Source: an uncultured virus (IMG/VR IMGVR_UViG_3300025736_000009) (lineage: Duplodnaviria; Heunggongvirae; Uroviricota; Caudoviricetes). Taken from it: a stretch of 64,000 nt of DNA. The stretch lies in the IMG/VR virus record IMGVR_UViG_3300025736_000009. One strand, written 5' to 3'. Under the pieces are notes generated by a model that saw only the letters and a program-made list of their open reading frames with translations, was not told where the DNA came from and ran no database searches. The position numbers and the translations under genes are program-made. Position 1 is the stretch's first letter. Each line of letters starts with the position of its first letter. Positions 38,259 through 49,549 of this stretch are shown here, in pieces.

Positions 38259-39623
38259 ATGGCTTATCTTGGCTATGTTCCAACCGACAGTCGTTGGGCA
38301 ACAGAATTAGAGATATCTGGGCTTGACGCACCGGCTGAGACTTTTACAATAGATACAACACTAACTCCAGTAGGACAAGATCCAAAGTTTCCTTCAGATC
38401 ACGTAGTGATTCCAAAAGGTAGACTTGTAGGTGTACATCAATATGATATTACATCTGGATCAGGAACAACACGAAATACTGGAGCTGAAGATTACGCAAC
38501 AACACTAACCTTAGCAGGAAAAGTACAGTCTGACAATACTCAGATTGCTCCTCTAGGTTTTGCTGGATACAATATGTATATGCAAGCACATGCTAATAAA
38601 GCACAGTGGCAACCAGCACTATTTAAGAATAGATATATACGACTTCCTTATATCAAGGCACTTGCATCTGGAGATTTCTCTAATGCTATTCTTGGTGATT
38701 TAACTACTGGTGATAAAATTGCACCATATGCTGGTTACTCAACTGGAACAGAAGATTACCGATATATTGGTAGAGTAGTTAAGTGGAATGAACGAAGAGC
38801 TTACGTTACTCAAGCCGCAACGCCTGAACTTGTTCCTACTCTTTCCAGTGCTACATATAAATGTTTTACTCCAACACTATTACTAGCACTAGATGGTAGT
38901 GGGCTTCCAATTACTGATGCAGCTCTTGTTGATCCTTATTGGGATGGCACAAACTGGGCAGTTAGCGGAGCACCTGGAACAAGCGCTCACGTCCTTCTTT
39001 ATGAGTATGGACAGGGACCAGAAATGATTGCTGGAGAAATTCTAGCCCTAGAGCATCTCACCTCTGACATGCGTGGTTGGCTAAAATGGGTAATAGATAA
39101 CTATGGTGCTTGGGATCTTCCACGAATCCAAATACCTGCGAATACTACAGCAAGAAGTGTAGACTCCTCTTCTATGACAACGCTTACAGCGGGATCTGAG
39201 TGGAGACTGCCTTACTACCCATTAGCAGGATATAAGACTATATCTGTACAAGTTATACAAAACGCAAGGTATGTAGATACTGATGGCGTATGGACTACTG
39301 GTACAGCTGCTTGGAATGAGCTTCCTAAATCTTCATGGAATAATGATCAGACAATGGGTAAAAACTACTCTATTGATCCACTGACTGGTATTCTAAGAAT
39401 GTGGGGAGTAACTGAACAAGATAGTACTATAATAGAGCAAGCTACTGACATACGTGTTACGTACTACTCAGAGGATGACGCATATACATCTAACCACGGA
39501 AGAGATTTCGCGACAGGACAAATGAATCTAACAGATGGAGCAAACACATATGGCTACGCTGGTGTTCCAGCAGTCTATGATGTAGCAGCATCTCTAGGTA
39601 TATTAAGGGTAATGATTAGATAA
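38259..39623 (+). CDS. Putative head decoration/structural protein
   Basis: Immediately upstream of major capsid; VVIPKGRLV motif; strong RBS. Confidence 0.6.
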   Translation: MAYLGYVPTDSRWATELEISGLDAPAETFTIDTTLTPVGQDPKFPSDHVVIPKGRLVGVHQYDITSGSGTTRNTGAEDYATTLTLAGKVQSDNTQIAPLGFAGYNMYMQAHANKAQWQPALFKNRYIRLPYIKALASGDFSNAILGDLTTGDKIAPYAGYSTGTEDYRYIGRVVKWNERRAYVTQAATPELVPTLSSATYKCFTPTLLLALDGSGLPITDAALVDPYWDGTNWAVSGAPGTSAHVLLYEYGQGPEMIAGEILALEHLTSDMRGWLKWVIDNYGAWDLPRIQIPANTTARSVDSSSMTTLTAGSEWRLPYYPLAGYKTISVQVIQNARYVDTDGVWTTGTAAWNELPKSSWNNDQTMGKNYSIDPLTGILRMWGVTEQDSTIIEQATDIRVTYYSEDDAYTSNHGRDFATGQMNLTDGANTYGYAGVPAVYDVAASLGILRVMIR

Positions 39624-39629
39624 ATCGTA

Positions 39630-39668
39630 TGGGGTAGGAGGTAAAGCACTATCTATCATCCTACCCCA
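39630..39668 (+). terminator. Intergenic hairpin
   Basis: TGGGGTAGGA / TCCTACCCCA. Confidence 0.55.
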
Positions 39669-39733
39669 ACTTTAAATTCATTACTAAAAAAAACGTATAA
39701 ATATTATACATAACGTAAGGAGACTTCACAAAA

Positions 39734-40912
39734 ATGCCTAATAAAAAGCTATTTGGCGATTTAGTTAAAGAGCATGTTGCAAAAGCATCAAAGATTGAGA
39801 TTCCAGGAATCGAAGGTGGAATAGATCTTCAATACATAGAAACACAACGTGCCTTATTGAATAAGTTAATGAGTACTGATAGCTCAGCTCGACCAGAGGT
39901 TCACATCCCTCTAAAAGAAGCTTTGTTCTCACCAGATGCCTCAGTCTTATTCCCAAAAGTAATTAGTGACGTTCTAATGCGACCAAAAGAACCCGTAATG
40001 TTTGGTCAAACAGTTCTAGCTAAGACTATTACTATAGATAATACACGATCAGTAGAATTTCCTACTATAGGTGCTGTTCGTGCTAAAGACCTAGCAGAAG
40101 GCCAAGAATTTCCTGAAGTTCAGCCTCCGTTCGGCGAAGCGATGACTGAGATCAAGGTCGGAAAAGTAGGTCTTTTAATAGCGGTATCAGAAGATGTTAT
40201 CCGAGACTCTATGTGGGATGTACTCGCACTCTACATAGAGGCAGCAGGATATGCTATGCTTCGACACAAAGAAGAAAAAATCTTCAGAGAGTTCCAATCA
40301 AAAGCATATGTAGCAATAGATAACTCTAATACCACAGACGAAAACGGATGGACAAAAGGTGTAGATGCCTCTGGTAATATCAACGGATCTCTATCTTTCA
40401 ACGACCTTATTGATTCAATAGGTTGCTTGATTGCTCATGAATATGCTCCAACTGATATTATAATGCACCCACTTGCTTGGACTATCTTTATGAAGGATCC
40501 AAGACTCCAGTTCCAGTTACTAACACATGGTTCAATTGGAACAACTTATGGAACAATGGGTCAAGATAATATAGCTTCCAACTTACCTTGGAATCTTAAT
40601 GTAATGATAACTCCATTCTGTCCATATTCTACAAGTACTGCGCTAACATTAGATAGCGTTGGATCTAACCGAACAGGCCCCGTTTCTGATATATATATCG
40701 TTGATAGAAACAACGGTATAGTGATTCTAGAACGTGATCCAATGATGATAGATAGCTTCGATGATCCAAGACGAGATATCTTGTCTATGAAATTCAAAGA
40801 ACGCTATGGATTAGGTCTATTAAATGGTGGAAAGAGTGCAGTTGCACTAAAGAATATCCATATTACACCTAACTATGAACCACTCTACTCAGTAAGAACA
40901 AAGAGTATGTAA
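39734..40912 (+). CDS. Major capsid protein (HK97-like)
   Basis: Size and position; LAEGQEFPE, KVGLLIAVSEDVIRDS, IIMHPLAW, KERYGLG; AAGGAG RBS. Confidence 0.88.
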   Translation: MPNKKLFGDLVKEHVAKASKIEIPGIEGGIDLQYIETQRALLNKLMSTDSSARPEVHIPLKEALFSPDASVLFPKVISDVLMRPKEPVMFGQTVLAKTITIDNTRSVEFPTIGAVRAKDLAEGQEFPEVQPPFGEAMTEIKVGKVGLLIAVSEDVIRDSMWDVLALYIEAAGYAMLRHKEEKIFREFQSKAYVAIDNSNTTDENGWTKGVDASGNINGSLSFNDLIDSIGCLIAHEYAPTDIIMHPLAWTIFMKDPRLQFQLLTHGSIGTTYGTMGQDNIASNLPWNLNVMITPFCPYSTSTALTLDSVGSNRTGPVSDIYIVDRNNGIVILERDPMMIDSFDDPRRDILSMKFKERYGLGLLNGGKSAVALKNIHITPNYEPLYSVRTKSM

Positions 40913-40928
40913 CCTCAACTATAAGAAC

Positions 40929-40961
40929 ACTGTGGAGTCAGATAAACCATGACTCCACAGT
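40929..40961 (+). terminator. Hairpin after capsid gene
   Basis: ACTGTGGAGTCA / TGACTCCACAGT. Confidence 0.65.
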
Positions 40962-40998
40962 ATCTTAATACTTATCTATCTAACATAAGAAGGCAGTA

Positions 40999-42516
40999 AT
41001 GGATCTAACTACACGATATTATCCAGCAGTAATTGCATATTCTCCAACAACTGCTACAACAGGAGTAGGAACACTACCTAATATTACAGTAGAGTTCTCT
41101 ATGCCTGTAGAGCAAACACAATTTTCTAGTACTATAAATCAATATATGTTGTTGGTAAATCAAAATACTGGGGAATCTGTAGATCTAGTATACTCCTCTT
41201 ATAATTCAAGTATAGATAAGCTAACTGTAGTTCCTTCAGCGTCTTTAACGAATGGACAATACTATCAAGTAACAGTACTTAATGATGTCGTATCAGAAGC
41301 CGGTAGGCAAATGGCTAATGATGTTACTTGGGTATTTCAAGTAGATGCTGATTCACTACTACAAACAACACTAATTGCTCCAGCAACAAATACTTCACAT
41401 ACAACAATACCAACACTTGTATGGTCGGCAGTAGCTAGTGCTCTAAATTATGATGTATATATTGCTACATCTCCACAGTTTAATACAGAAGCATTAATAT
41501 ACTCAGACCCAACCTCAAGTGTATATTTAACTCCAGATACAAGTTTATTTACAGACACAAAAACATACTACTGGAAAGTAAGAGCAACATCAGGAACAAC
41601 AGATGGACCATGGAGTGATTATAGATCCTTCTTCTATGGAACATTTGTAAGCGCAGCAATAGATAGTAAGATAAAATATCCACGGGCAAGCGATTTTGGT
41701 GCTACAACTTTATATCCAACATCAGAATCAAGTAATCAACAATCTTGGCCAACAATCTCTATAACATTTTCAGATACAGTAGCATCTGGTACAGTTAACT
41801 CTACAAATTTTGATATCACATATGCTCCAGTAGATGATGATCCAAGTGGAAGCACCGGAACCCTAGCGGGCACACTAACTACAGTTGGATCCTCTGTAGT
41901 CTTTACTCCAACAGATTCTATGATTCCAAATACTAAGTATACAATGACAGTAGCCAACATACAAAGTATTTCTGGAAATACAGCGGCAAGTTTATCTTAC
42001 TACTTTACAAGTAACTATGTCCCATACTACATAGGATACGCTACACTAAGAGCAAAATTTGGGGAGTTTCTATCAGACTACACTATAGACTTTATTAATA
42101 GGCAGATATTTCTATCATCTATAGAGTGTAATAAATATCTATGGGCAGCATATAATTCATCTACTCCATCTGTTTCTGCGCTAAAAACATATCTACGTGA
42201 TACTACATATGATATGGCTAAATTTGTAACAGTACACTCCGCACATGCTTTACTTCGATTAAAAAGATATGAACTTCTTGAAGAAGCAGATAGACGAAAA
42301 CAACTTGGAGACTTCACAGTAGACGTAGGAAGTACTGTACTTACAGAACTTGGAAAAATATTAAAAGATTTAGAAGATGAAGTAGAAGAAATAGAAGTCA
42401 TGTTTGGAGCACAAACTATTCCTAAAGTGGGAGTACGCTCCAGTAGATGGAATCCAAGTGAAAGACGCAATGACCAGTCACTAAATGTACCTGGTATGTT
42501 TAAGAAAACATTCTAA
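40999..42516 (+). CDS. Virion protein with Ig-like (Big_5) and FN3-like domains plus helical C-terminus (possible neck/adaptor)
   Basis: ITVEFSMPV...LTNGQYYQVTV; TYYWKVRA...GPWS; second ISITFS...PNTKYTMTV. Confidence 0.7.
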   Translation: MDLTTRYYPAVIAYSPTTATTGVGTLPNITVEFSMPVEQTQFSSTINQYMLLVNQNTGESVDLVYSSYNSSIDKLTVVPSASLTNGQYYQVTVLNDVVSEAGRQMANDVTWVFQVDADSLLQTTLIAPATNTSHTTIPTLVWSAVASALNYDVYIATSPQFNTEALIYSDPTSSVYLTPDTSLFTDTKTYYWKVRATSGTTDGPWSDYRSFFYGTFVSAAIDSKIKYPRASDFGATTLYPTSESSNQQSWPTISITFSDTVASGTVNSTNFDITYAPVDDDPSGSTGTLAGTLTTVGSSVVFTPTDSMIPNTKYTMTVANIQSISGNTAASLSYYFTSNYVPYYIGYATLRAKFGEFLSDYTIDFINRQIFLSSIECNKYLWAAYNSSTPSVSALKTYLRDTTYDMAKFVTVHSAHALLRLKRYELLEEADRRKQLGDFTVDVGSTVLTELGKILKDLEDEVEEIEVMFGAQTIPKVGVRSSRWNPSERRNDQSLNVPGMFKKTF

Positions 42517-42528
42517 AGTAATAACAGT

Positions 42529-44058
42529 ATGTCAACAAACTTTCCAACAGATTTAGATACACTAACCAATCCTGTTGCAACAGATAAGCAATCAGTTGTT
42601 CCACACGCAACTCAACACTCAGATTCCAATGATGCAATAGAAGCTATAGAAGGAAAAGTTGGAGTAACAGGATCTGTAGTAACCTCTTCATTAGATTATT
42701 TAACAAAAGTATCTACGGACCCAGGACATACACATACATTCTTTACAAGCGCTACAATTCCTAATCTAAGTGTACCTGTTTTATTACTTGCTAATACACT
42801 AACAGCAAGCGGTATACTATCTGCCCCAACTATAAATATTCCAGTTCTACTATCTGCTAATGTAATAGATGCCAGTGGAAACATAAATGCACCTAATATA
42901 TATGCATCAACTTTACTTTCTGCTAATGAAGTAACTGCTAGTGGTGGAATAACGACACCAGAAGACATAGAAATTACAGCAGATAGTAAAAGTTTAAAAT
43001 TAGGTACTGCTGGTGATGCCTCACTAACTTTTGATGGTAACTCTCTTGAAATAGTTGCTAATGTTGTAACTGCTGGCGATGATATGAATCTAATAGCAGA
43101 TAATATAACCTTAGACGCTGCTACAACAGCTACAATTAATGGAGCTGGTTACCCAAGCATCTATATGAAGCGTGGTGGTGCAAATCTTTTAACACTGGCT
43201 GGAACTATAAGCTGGGATCAACTTGTGTTCATACTGTATGACGATGTTGGTAACGATATAATAATCGCTAACAGTTCGGGTACGTGGTCCAATTTTGATC
43301 ACGGACTGCAAACAGATCCAACATTGTTTATACACTCAGATACAAGTCCAGATACTAATAATACTCAGTGGATGTCATTACATCACGATAAAACAGATGC
43401 CAACATCAACACTGGAACTGGAGATATAAATATAACTCCAGTATCTACTGGTAGTGTTGTATTAGGAGATGGAGGGACAACCCACTTCCTATCTGTAGAT
43501 TCATCTGGAGTTGTTAGCCTTAATGGTAACGCAAGAGTATGGGTATCAGATGACCTTCCTGTTCAAGCAGTAAAAATACCTGCTGCTAACTATCCAGCTA
43601 ATGATAATATAGATAACTTTGGTTTCCATAGATATGATGCCGGGACAGAAGAAAGTGTTTACTACACGTGGGTTGTGCCTTTAGATTTCGCAGAAGGAAC
43701 AGGAAGTCTAAGAGGACACTATGCTTTTGTGGTAGAAAGCCCTCCAGATGGAACAGGTGATCTCAATGTCCGTATGGGATTTGAATATAAAGGAATAACT
43801 AAAGGTGATGTGTTTACTTTTGCTACAGACACATCTACTGGTTACATAGATGAAACCATAGAAGACGATGAAACAGCCTTTGAGATGCATATTACAATAG
43901 ATGGAGTTTGTGATACTACGAATTGGCAACCACATGACAAGATACTATTTAGATTTTATAGAGATGCTACAGCAGATGAAGACACTTATGATGCTGATGT
44001 ATGGATAAAGAACTATCACTTAGAATATTTGAGTAATAAACTCGGAGAACCATCTTAA
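42529..44058 (+). CDS. Fibre-like virion protein
   Basis: N-terminal TNFPTDLD...HATQH...NDAIEAIE; three 22-aa repeats (PxxxxxxLLxANxxxASG). Confidence 0.65.
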   Translation: MSTNFPTDLDTLTNPVATDKQSVVPHATQHSDSNDAIEAIEGKVGVTGSVVTSSLDYLTKVSTDPGHTHTFFTSATIPNLSVPVLLLANTLTASGILSAPTINIPVLLSANVIDASGNINAPNIYASTLLSANEVTASGGITTPEDIEITADSKSLKLGTAGDASLTFDGNSLEIVANVVTAGDDMNLIADNITLDAATTATINGAGYPSIYMKRGGANLLTLAGTISWDQLVFILYDDVGNDIIIANSSGTWSNFDHGLQTDPTLFIHSDTSPDTNNTQWMSLHHDKTDANINTGTGDINITPVSTGSVVLGDGGTTHFLSVDSSGVVSLNGNARVWVSDDLPVQAVKIPAANYPANDNIDNFGFHRYDAGTEESVYYTWVVPLDFAEGTGSLRGHYAFVVESPPDGTGDLNVRMGFEYKGITKGDVFTFATDTSTGYIDETIEDDETAFEMHITIDGVCDTTNWQPHDKILFRFYRDATADEDTYDADVWIKNYHLEYLSNKLGEPS

Positions 44059-44240
44059 TGTCTGATATATATGAAAAAGTAACTGGCGGAATTAAAACAA
44101 CAACAGAGCGAATAGAAGCCACAGATTTACTAGAAGAGCAAAAGACTTCACTACAGGCAGAGATAACAAGACTTCAAGCAAGAATTGCAACAATAAATTT
44201 GAAACTAGCAGCCAAAGTAGCCGCCATAGACAACAAATAG
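44058..44240 (+). CDS. Small coiled-coil protein
   Basis: Overlaps upstream stop; heptad pattern. Confidence 0.6.
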   Translation: MSDIYEKVTGGIKTTTERIEATDLLEEQKTSLQAEITRLQARIATINLKLAAKVAAIDNK

Positions 44241-44247
44241 AAGAGAT

Positions 44248-44817
44248 ATGTGGAATGCAACTTATGAACAACCAAACGTATGCTACAATGACCATATACA
44301 ATATGATGGTTTAGGCGGCAAACGAGGAAAGCATCGTATGCAAATACTACAACGACTATACGCTACTACAACAACATTACGTGGAATTGTTCTTACTGAA
44401 CGTGGAAGTGCAGATATTGCAATACCAACACACTTCGAAGTCGGAGATGTGACAATTAAAAAAGATGCTGCTGACTTTACTAACATTGGAACACTACCAA
44501 CTACTGGTACCGGAGGATTAGTTGAAGCAGAGCTTAGTGCTTTAGAATTAACATGCCAGAGTTTAATACTAAAATTTATAGACCAATCATCTCCAAAACT
44601 CTGGGAAGATGAAACAATACTGATAGACACATATGGAAATGTAGATTCACAACATCCATATCTAGATGTAGCAATTTCTAGTAGAGCAGCAAGTGGTATA
44701 GTAAATCAAACTACAAATGCACATGTTGTATCAATAGGATCTGTAGTAACATCTGATTTTACTTCATTAAATTCATTTAAAGCTAGAGATACACAACCTC
44801 TAGTAAGAAAAAGATAA
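44248..44817 (+). CDS. Putative virion protein
   Basis: ORF within structural operon. Confidence 0.6.
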   Translation: MWNATYEQPNVCYNDHIQYDGLGGKRGKHRMQILQRLYATTTTLRGIVLTERGSADIAIPTHFEVGDVTIKKDAADFTNIGTLPTTGTGGLVEAELSALELTCQSLILKFIDQSSPKLWEDETILIDTYGNVDSQHPYLDVAISSRAASGIVNQTTNAHVVSIGSVVTSDFTSLNSFKARDTQPLVRKR

Positions 44818-44832
44818 AAGGATAATACAGAT

Positions 44833-45702
44833 ATGACAGTAGGATGGAATCAAACAAAACCAGTAGATGTAAATATAGCAACAAATGAGCTTATAACGCA
44901 TGCTACTGGTGTAACACTAATAAATAGTGAAGCAATTTTAAGCACATGTGAAAGCGCATGGACAACAGGAACATCTGGTATAACATTAGACACATCAACA
45001 GTAAATAAAGTAGGAACATATTCAGCAACATTTGAATTAGATTCATCTGCTTGTACTGGAATAAAAGCACATGTAGCTCCTGCTACTGCCGATACAGATA
45101 TAACATCACGAACTCATCTTAGTTGTTATGCTAAAGTAACATCTGCATTACCTACTGGAGAACTTAAAGTAGGATTTGATAATACAGCACTAGCAGCAGG
45201 AACTCAATACTACGTTGATTTACCAGCAATAGCGACTAAAGAAACATGGTATAAACTACAGTTACCTCTAATTAGTGCTGATTTAACTGCTGCTAATTTA
45301 GCAACTCTAGACAGTGTATCTTCATTAGTTCTTTATATGGACCAAGGAACGATAGCAACATCTGCTACATGGACTGGAGTTCTATTCTTAGATGATATAC
45401 GAATAGAAACAAATTCATTTATAGGTAATGAAGATATAGTTATACCAGAGAGTTCTACTCTTGAAGGTAAAATATTTAAAATACCAGCAGCATGGACTTC
45501 ACCTGCTCAATTAATATCTTCAAATAAAGCGGCAGTTGTTACTGAGATTACATACTACAATGCATCGTTAGAAGCAATGGATCAATCTAAGCTATCTGTA
45601 GACCAGTATCTTGATGACCATCCACGAGCAGCAACTTATGTTCAAGTAGAATTTGATAGCGAAATAGGTTCTAATGAACTTAGAATAGGAATGGTTCAAT
45701 AG
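44833..45702 (+). CDS. Putative virion protein with carbohydrate-binding-like jelly-roll
   Basis: TWYKLQLPL...LFLDDIRI pattern. Confidence 0.6.
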   Translation: MTVGWNQTKPVDVNIATNELITHATGVTLINSEAILSTCESAWTTGTSGITLDTSTVNKVGTYSATFELDSSACTGIKAHVAPATADTDITSRTHLSCYAKVTSALPTGELKVGFDNTALAAGTQYYVDLPAIATKETWYKLQLPLISADLTAANLATLDSVSSLVLYMDQGTIATSATWTGVLFLDDIRIETNSFIGNEDIVIPESSTLEGKIFKIPAAWTSPAQLISSNKAAVVTEITYYNASLEAMDQSKLSVDQYLDDHPRAATYVQVEFDSEIGSNELRIGMVQ

Positions 45703-45703
45703 A

Positions 45704-46204
45704 ATGGCAATACTTTCTAACACACTTAACACAACGTTAGTCAATGAATCACCAATAGCAGTATCAGGAACAGTATCTTCTAATGCTACTCTACTGGGAG
45801 CAGGATACATATTACCAAATACATTTGTAGCAAGTGGACAAATAACAATAGATGCAGACAATGGTGCTCTATCTACTCACTACGGAGTAACAGGTTTAAC
45901 TGTACCTAGTCCACTAAAAGAACGATATTCTCTAACAGTAAGAAATGGATTTACATTAGGAAGCATAGATTGCTATGTATACCATGCAGAACTAGGTATT
46001 CCTTACGATAACGTATACAGTAGATTAACTTCATTCACAGTAGCAACTTCTGGTGACTCATTTGATCCAAGTGGAACAGGTCACACAGCAGTAACTAAAT
46101 TAATTGATGGAGCATATCTAGGAAGCGGACTAGCACTTACATTTGTAAATGCTGCTTCTGGCTTATTTGATGAAACAATTGATTATATAGTTAGGGAAAT
46201 ATAA
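45704..46204 (+). CDS. Putative virion protein
   Basis: Beta-rich ORF in operon. Confidence 0.6.
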   Translation: MAILSNTLNTTLVNESPIAVSGTVSSNATLLGAGYILPNTFVASGQITIDADNGALSTHYGVTGLTVPSPLKERYSLTVRNGFTLGSIDCYVYHAELGIPYDNVYSRLTSFTVATSGDSFDPSGTGHTAVTKLIDGAYLGSGLALTFVNAASGLFDETIDYIVREI

Positions 46205-46208
46205 CAAC

Positions 46209-46514
46209 ATGGCTAAATTTCAAATCAAGTCTATACTAACAACACCTAACACTAACGAAAGAGATGAGATCTTTAACTATTTAGTAACTAAACTACCTAT
46301 TGCTATGAGTGAACGAGGAGACAGCCTTACACTTAAAAATAATCTTGATGGAACATATACAATAACATGTAGTTTATGTGTAGAAAAGCAATCAGACCAA
46401 ACTACAATTAATACCTATCTAGTAACTAAGTTAACTAGTGGTAGTGTAAAACAAATACTTTATCGTCATGATGAAAGTTCTCCTTGTGAGATTATTTCTG
46501 AAGTAGAAAGGTAA
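46209..46514 (+). CDS. Hypothetical protein with internal repeat
   Basis: YLVTKL occurs twice. Confidence 0.6.
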   Translation: MAKFQIKSILTTPNTNERDEIFNYLVTKLPIAMSERGDSLTLKNNLDGTYTITCSLCVEKQSDQTTINTYLVTKLTSGSVKQILYRHDESSPCEIISEVER

Positions 46515-46520
46515 AATCAT

Positions 46521-47315
46521 ATGACGACTACTAATATACTTCCAGATAGCTATCCATTAGAAATACCAGAAGACTGTATTCTATATTATGACTTTGCAGA
46601 CTCAACTCTTGAAACAAATGATAGAATAGTAGATCACAGTATGACTCCACATGGAAATCCAGCCCATGGTGACATTATGGGTATTGGATACAATGGTAGC
46701 CTAGATGGGCCTACGTGGAAACCAGAAGCAGGTGGAAGTCTATATTTTGATGGAGTTAATGATTCTGTAGAGATATTTGCTAATACTACAAGTGGAATCG
46801 AACACCTCTATGGTGCATCTGGAATGACAATATGTGTGTGGGCTAAAATAGAAAACATTAATGCCGAGTTTAGCCAAACATTCTTTAACCAAGATGAAGC
46901 AGGTGGTGTATGGAATGGTACATACTTTACTTTTTCTGGTACTGGAGATGGAGGCACACACCTACTAGGTCTTGCTATACACGGAGGTAATACTTTCTCA
47001 ACAGAAGCTGTACCAGGAATTGTTAATAATATATGGATGTTCTATGCAACAGCATACAACATTATACCAGAAGGTCCTAGAAAATACTACTATGTAAATG
47101 GTGTACAATTAGGAGGTCTAAATGGTGCAGCAATTGGAATACAGATACCAGAGTACCAACCAAGTACAATTTGCCGCTTAGGACATCGTAATGGTGTTAG
47201 ACTTTTTGGTGGATCAATGGGTCAAATAATGATATTTGATAAGCACATAGGCGCTCATAAAATCAAAGAATTACATAATAAACACGCACATAGATATGGT
47301 CTAAAGGAAATATAA
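46521..47315 (+). CDS. LamG/concanavalin-like domain protein
   Basis: LYYDF, SLYFDGVND, TICVWAK, YYVNG, FGGSMGQIMIFD. Confidence 0.85.
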   Translation: MTTTNILPDSYPLEIPEDCILYYDFADSTLETNDRIVDHSMTPHGNPAHGDIMGIGYNGSLDGPTWKPEAGGSLYFDGVNDSVEIFANTTSGIEHLYGASGMTICVWAKIENINAEFSQTFFNQDEAGGVWNGTYFTFSGTGDGGTHLLGLAIHGGNTFSTEAVPGIVNNIWMFYATAYNIIPEGPRKYYYVNGVQLGGLNGAAIGIQIPEYQPSTICRLGHRNGVRLFGGSMGQIMIFDKHIGAHKIKELHNKHAHRYGLKEI

Positions 47316-47572
47316 GTAATGGCCTTAGCAACATTAGCACAATTTAATACACATATGAATTCATCTACTGAATTTTCAAAATATACTTATAGATAAATTC
47401 TAAAGATAGTATAGAAAATATATTATTGCTAGTGGAGAGGATATAAATATATTCTCCTGTGAAGCGGGTCGTATTCAACCCTCTCGTTGAGAAAATTGAA
47501 CTAGATAACATGAAATCAATAGACTTGAACTCTTTGATTTTATAAAAGAAAATATAGTATTAGTTATAGCAT

Positions 47573-48067
47573 ATGCGAATAAAAAAAGAGTTTGAAAATT
47601 TTATAAATAATTATGCACACTGGATAATTTATATAAGACAAAATCTAGAATTTCCATGTCCAGATTGCTATTCTGAAATATCTAATGAAGGTTCTGGGCT
47701 ATGCCCTACATGTTATGGAACAGGACATGTAATAACATTAGAACGCATACCAGTAAGATTTAGAAGATTTAGTCTTACACACGATGCTGGTTTAGCACAA
47801 GGTATAATGTCTGATTTTGATATGTTGGTATACTTCAAACAAACTGCTTATCCAAAACAAACTGACCTTGTACTAGAAGTGGAATGGAATGTTCCAATAT
47901 CTTCAATAGAATCACAAGGACAACCAACAAGCATAATACATGTATATAGACTAAAAGAGTTAGAAGCATATAGAGAAGAAGAACTTAGCTTTTTTGTCGG
48001 TGGATGCTCTATAGAAGATTCAACAAAAGAATTTTTACAAAAAACAATACTATCTACTGGGATATAA
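47573..48067 (+). CDS. Putative head-completion/neck protein
   Basis: CPDC...CPTCYGTG Zn motif; position before tail genes. Confidence 0.55.
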   Translation: MRIKKEFENFINNYAHWIIYIRQNLEFPCPDCYSEISNEGSGLCPTCYGTGHVITLERIPVRFRRFSLTHDAGLAQGIMSDFDMLVYFKQTAYPKQTDLVLEVEWNVPISSIESQGQPTSIIHVYRLKELEAYREEELSFFVGGCSIEDSTKEFLQKTILSTGI

Positions 48068-48073
48068 TAATAA

Positions 48074-49549
48074 ATGTCATCTATACCACTACTACTTATA
48101 GGATCAGCGTTTGATGGGCCACTAGAAGAGCCTACACTAATAACAGATTATAGTGAAGCACATGAACTATTTGGCGCATATAGGTATGAAGCGTTTACCC
48201 TTACACCCTCAAGTACAGGTATTACTCTTATGGTTACTCCTTGGAATAACTCTATTGATGTTTTATATGCTACCAATACAGGAACACATGAACCTTACTA
48301 CTTACATAATCTTACACTAACAGGAACAACTATAGCCTTTAACAAAGTAGGAGAACACAAAAATATTATAGTAAGGTTTTTAAGAGAGGCTGGACCTACA
48401 AATCTAACTAGAGGTTTAGCAGAAGCACAAACAGCAGACCCAGAAACAATATATCTAATGCGAGTTGGTGGAACAAAAGCATCAACTACATTAGGAACAG
48501 GAAGTAGTTATGTTTCTGTAGAATCACGTTATGGAGGAACTACCTATAACTCTGTAACATTTACAGCAACTGGAGGGTTCTTAAAAGTAACTCAAAACGG
48601 ATTATATCCAACTAGATGGTATAGCGATTGGCCGTTAACCGCAGCAGAATTAACAAAAGAAATAAACACAGACTATGCTAAAGGGTATGGAATGTTAAAA
48701 GCTACAGCTGTAGTTGGTAGTGGAACAATAGAAGGCATTAGTTCCATACATCTAACTGGTGGCTTGAATGGTACATTTGAATCAAGCGCAGTTACTTCAC
48801 TTTTAACTAGGATTGATTTATCAAGAATTAGGATAGTTTCACTTCTAGGATTAGACTATGAAGATATATCTGGCTCAGTAAACACAGCATTATTTGAAGA
48901 TATGTCTATACCTACTATGTTTGTACAGAATATGAAGAGCAAAGAAAGCTCAGCAAGTTCTGCTGCTTATGCTACTAGCTTGCTTCCAAAGACTCCAAAA
49001 CTATACTTCTTATCGTTAGTAGCTGCTTCTGGATGGTTCACCCCATACAATGGTATATCATATTGGAATGGAGCAGCAGCTCCTTATGCAACACTACTAG
49101 CAAAAGAACCAATTACTACATCTTGGAAAAAGATAGATGTACCAGATTTTACACCTGTATATTCTGCAACCTCAATTGATGAACTTGTTAATGCAGGTTT
49201 TATATTCTTAAATAGAACAATATCAAAAGGAGTTACAGTTTATAGAGGAACAACTTCAAATAGTAAATGGAACTCTACTTGCTTTATAGCTTATCAAACA
49301 GTATGTTCAAGACTGTATGATGCATTAAGTAACTACATAGGAGTAACAAACTATTCTAAAACTGAAGTAAACTCAAACGTAACAAACGCACTACAAAATA
49401 TACCAAGTGCAAAAGATGTAAACTACGTAATAGAATTTTTACCAACGTCTATAAATATACTAGTAAAGCTACAAGTTATTGGAGAAATCCAAACAATGTC
49501 CTTTAAGATAGGTGTGTCAACAAATGCCGCGTTACCTCAATCCAACTAA
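48074..49549 (+). CDS. Tail sheath-like protein (paralog 1)
   Basis: LLIGSAFDGP, IYLMRVGG, SRYGGTTYNSV, LTGGLNG shared with 50392 ORF. Confidence 0.75.
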   Translation: MSSIPLLLIGSAFDGPLEEPTLITDYSEAHELFGAYRYEAFTLTPSSTGITLMVTPWNNSIDVLYATNTGTHEPYYLHNLTLTGTTIAFNKVGEHKNIIVRFLREAGPTNLTRGLAEAQTADPETIYLMRVGGTKASTTLGTGSSYVSVESRYGGTTYNSVTFTATGGFLKVTQNGLYPTRWYSDWPLTAAELTKEINTDYAKGYGMLKATAVVGSGTIEGISSIHLTGGLNGTFESSAVTSLLTRIDLSRIRIVSLLGLDYEDISGSVNTALFEDMSIPTMFVQNMKSKESSASSAAYATSLLPKTPKLYFLSLVAASGWFTPYNGISYWNGAAAPYATLLAKEPITTSWKKIDVPDFTPVYSATSIDELVNAGFIFLNRTISKGVTVYRGTTSNSKWNSTCFIAYQTVCSRLYDALSNYIGVTNYSKTEVNSNVTNALQNIPSAKDVNYVIEFLPTSINILVKLQVIGEIQTMSFKIGVSTNAALPQSN

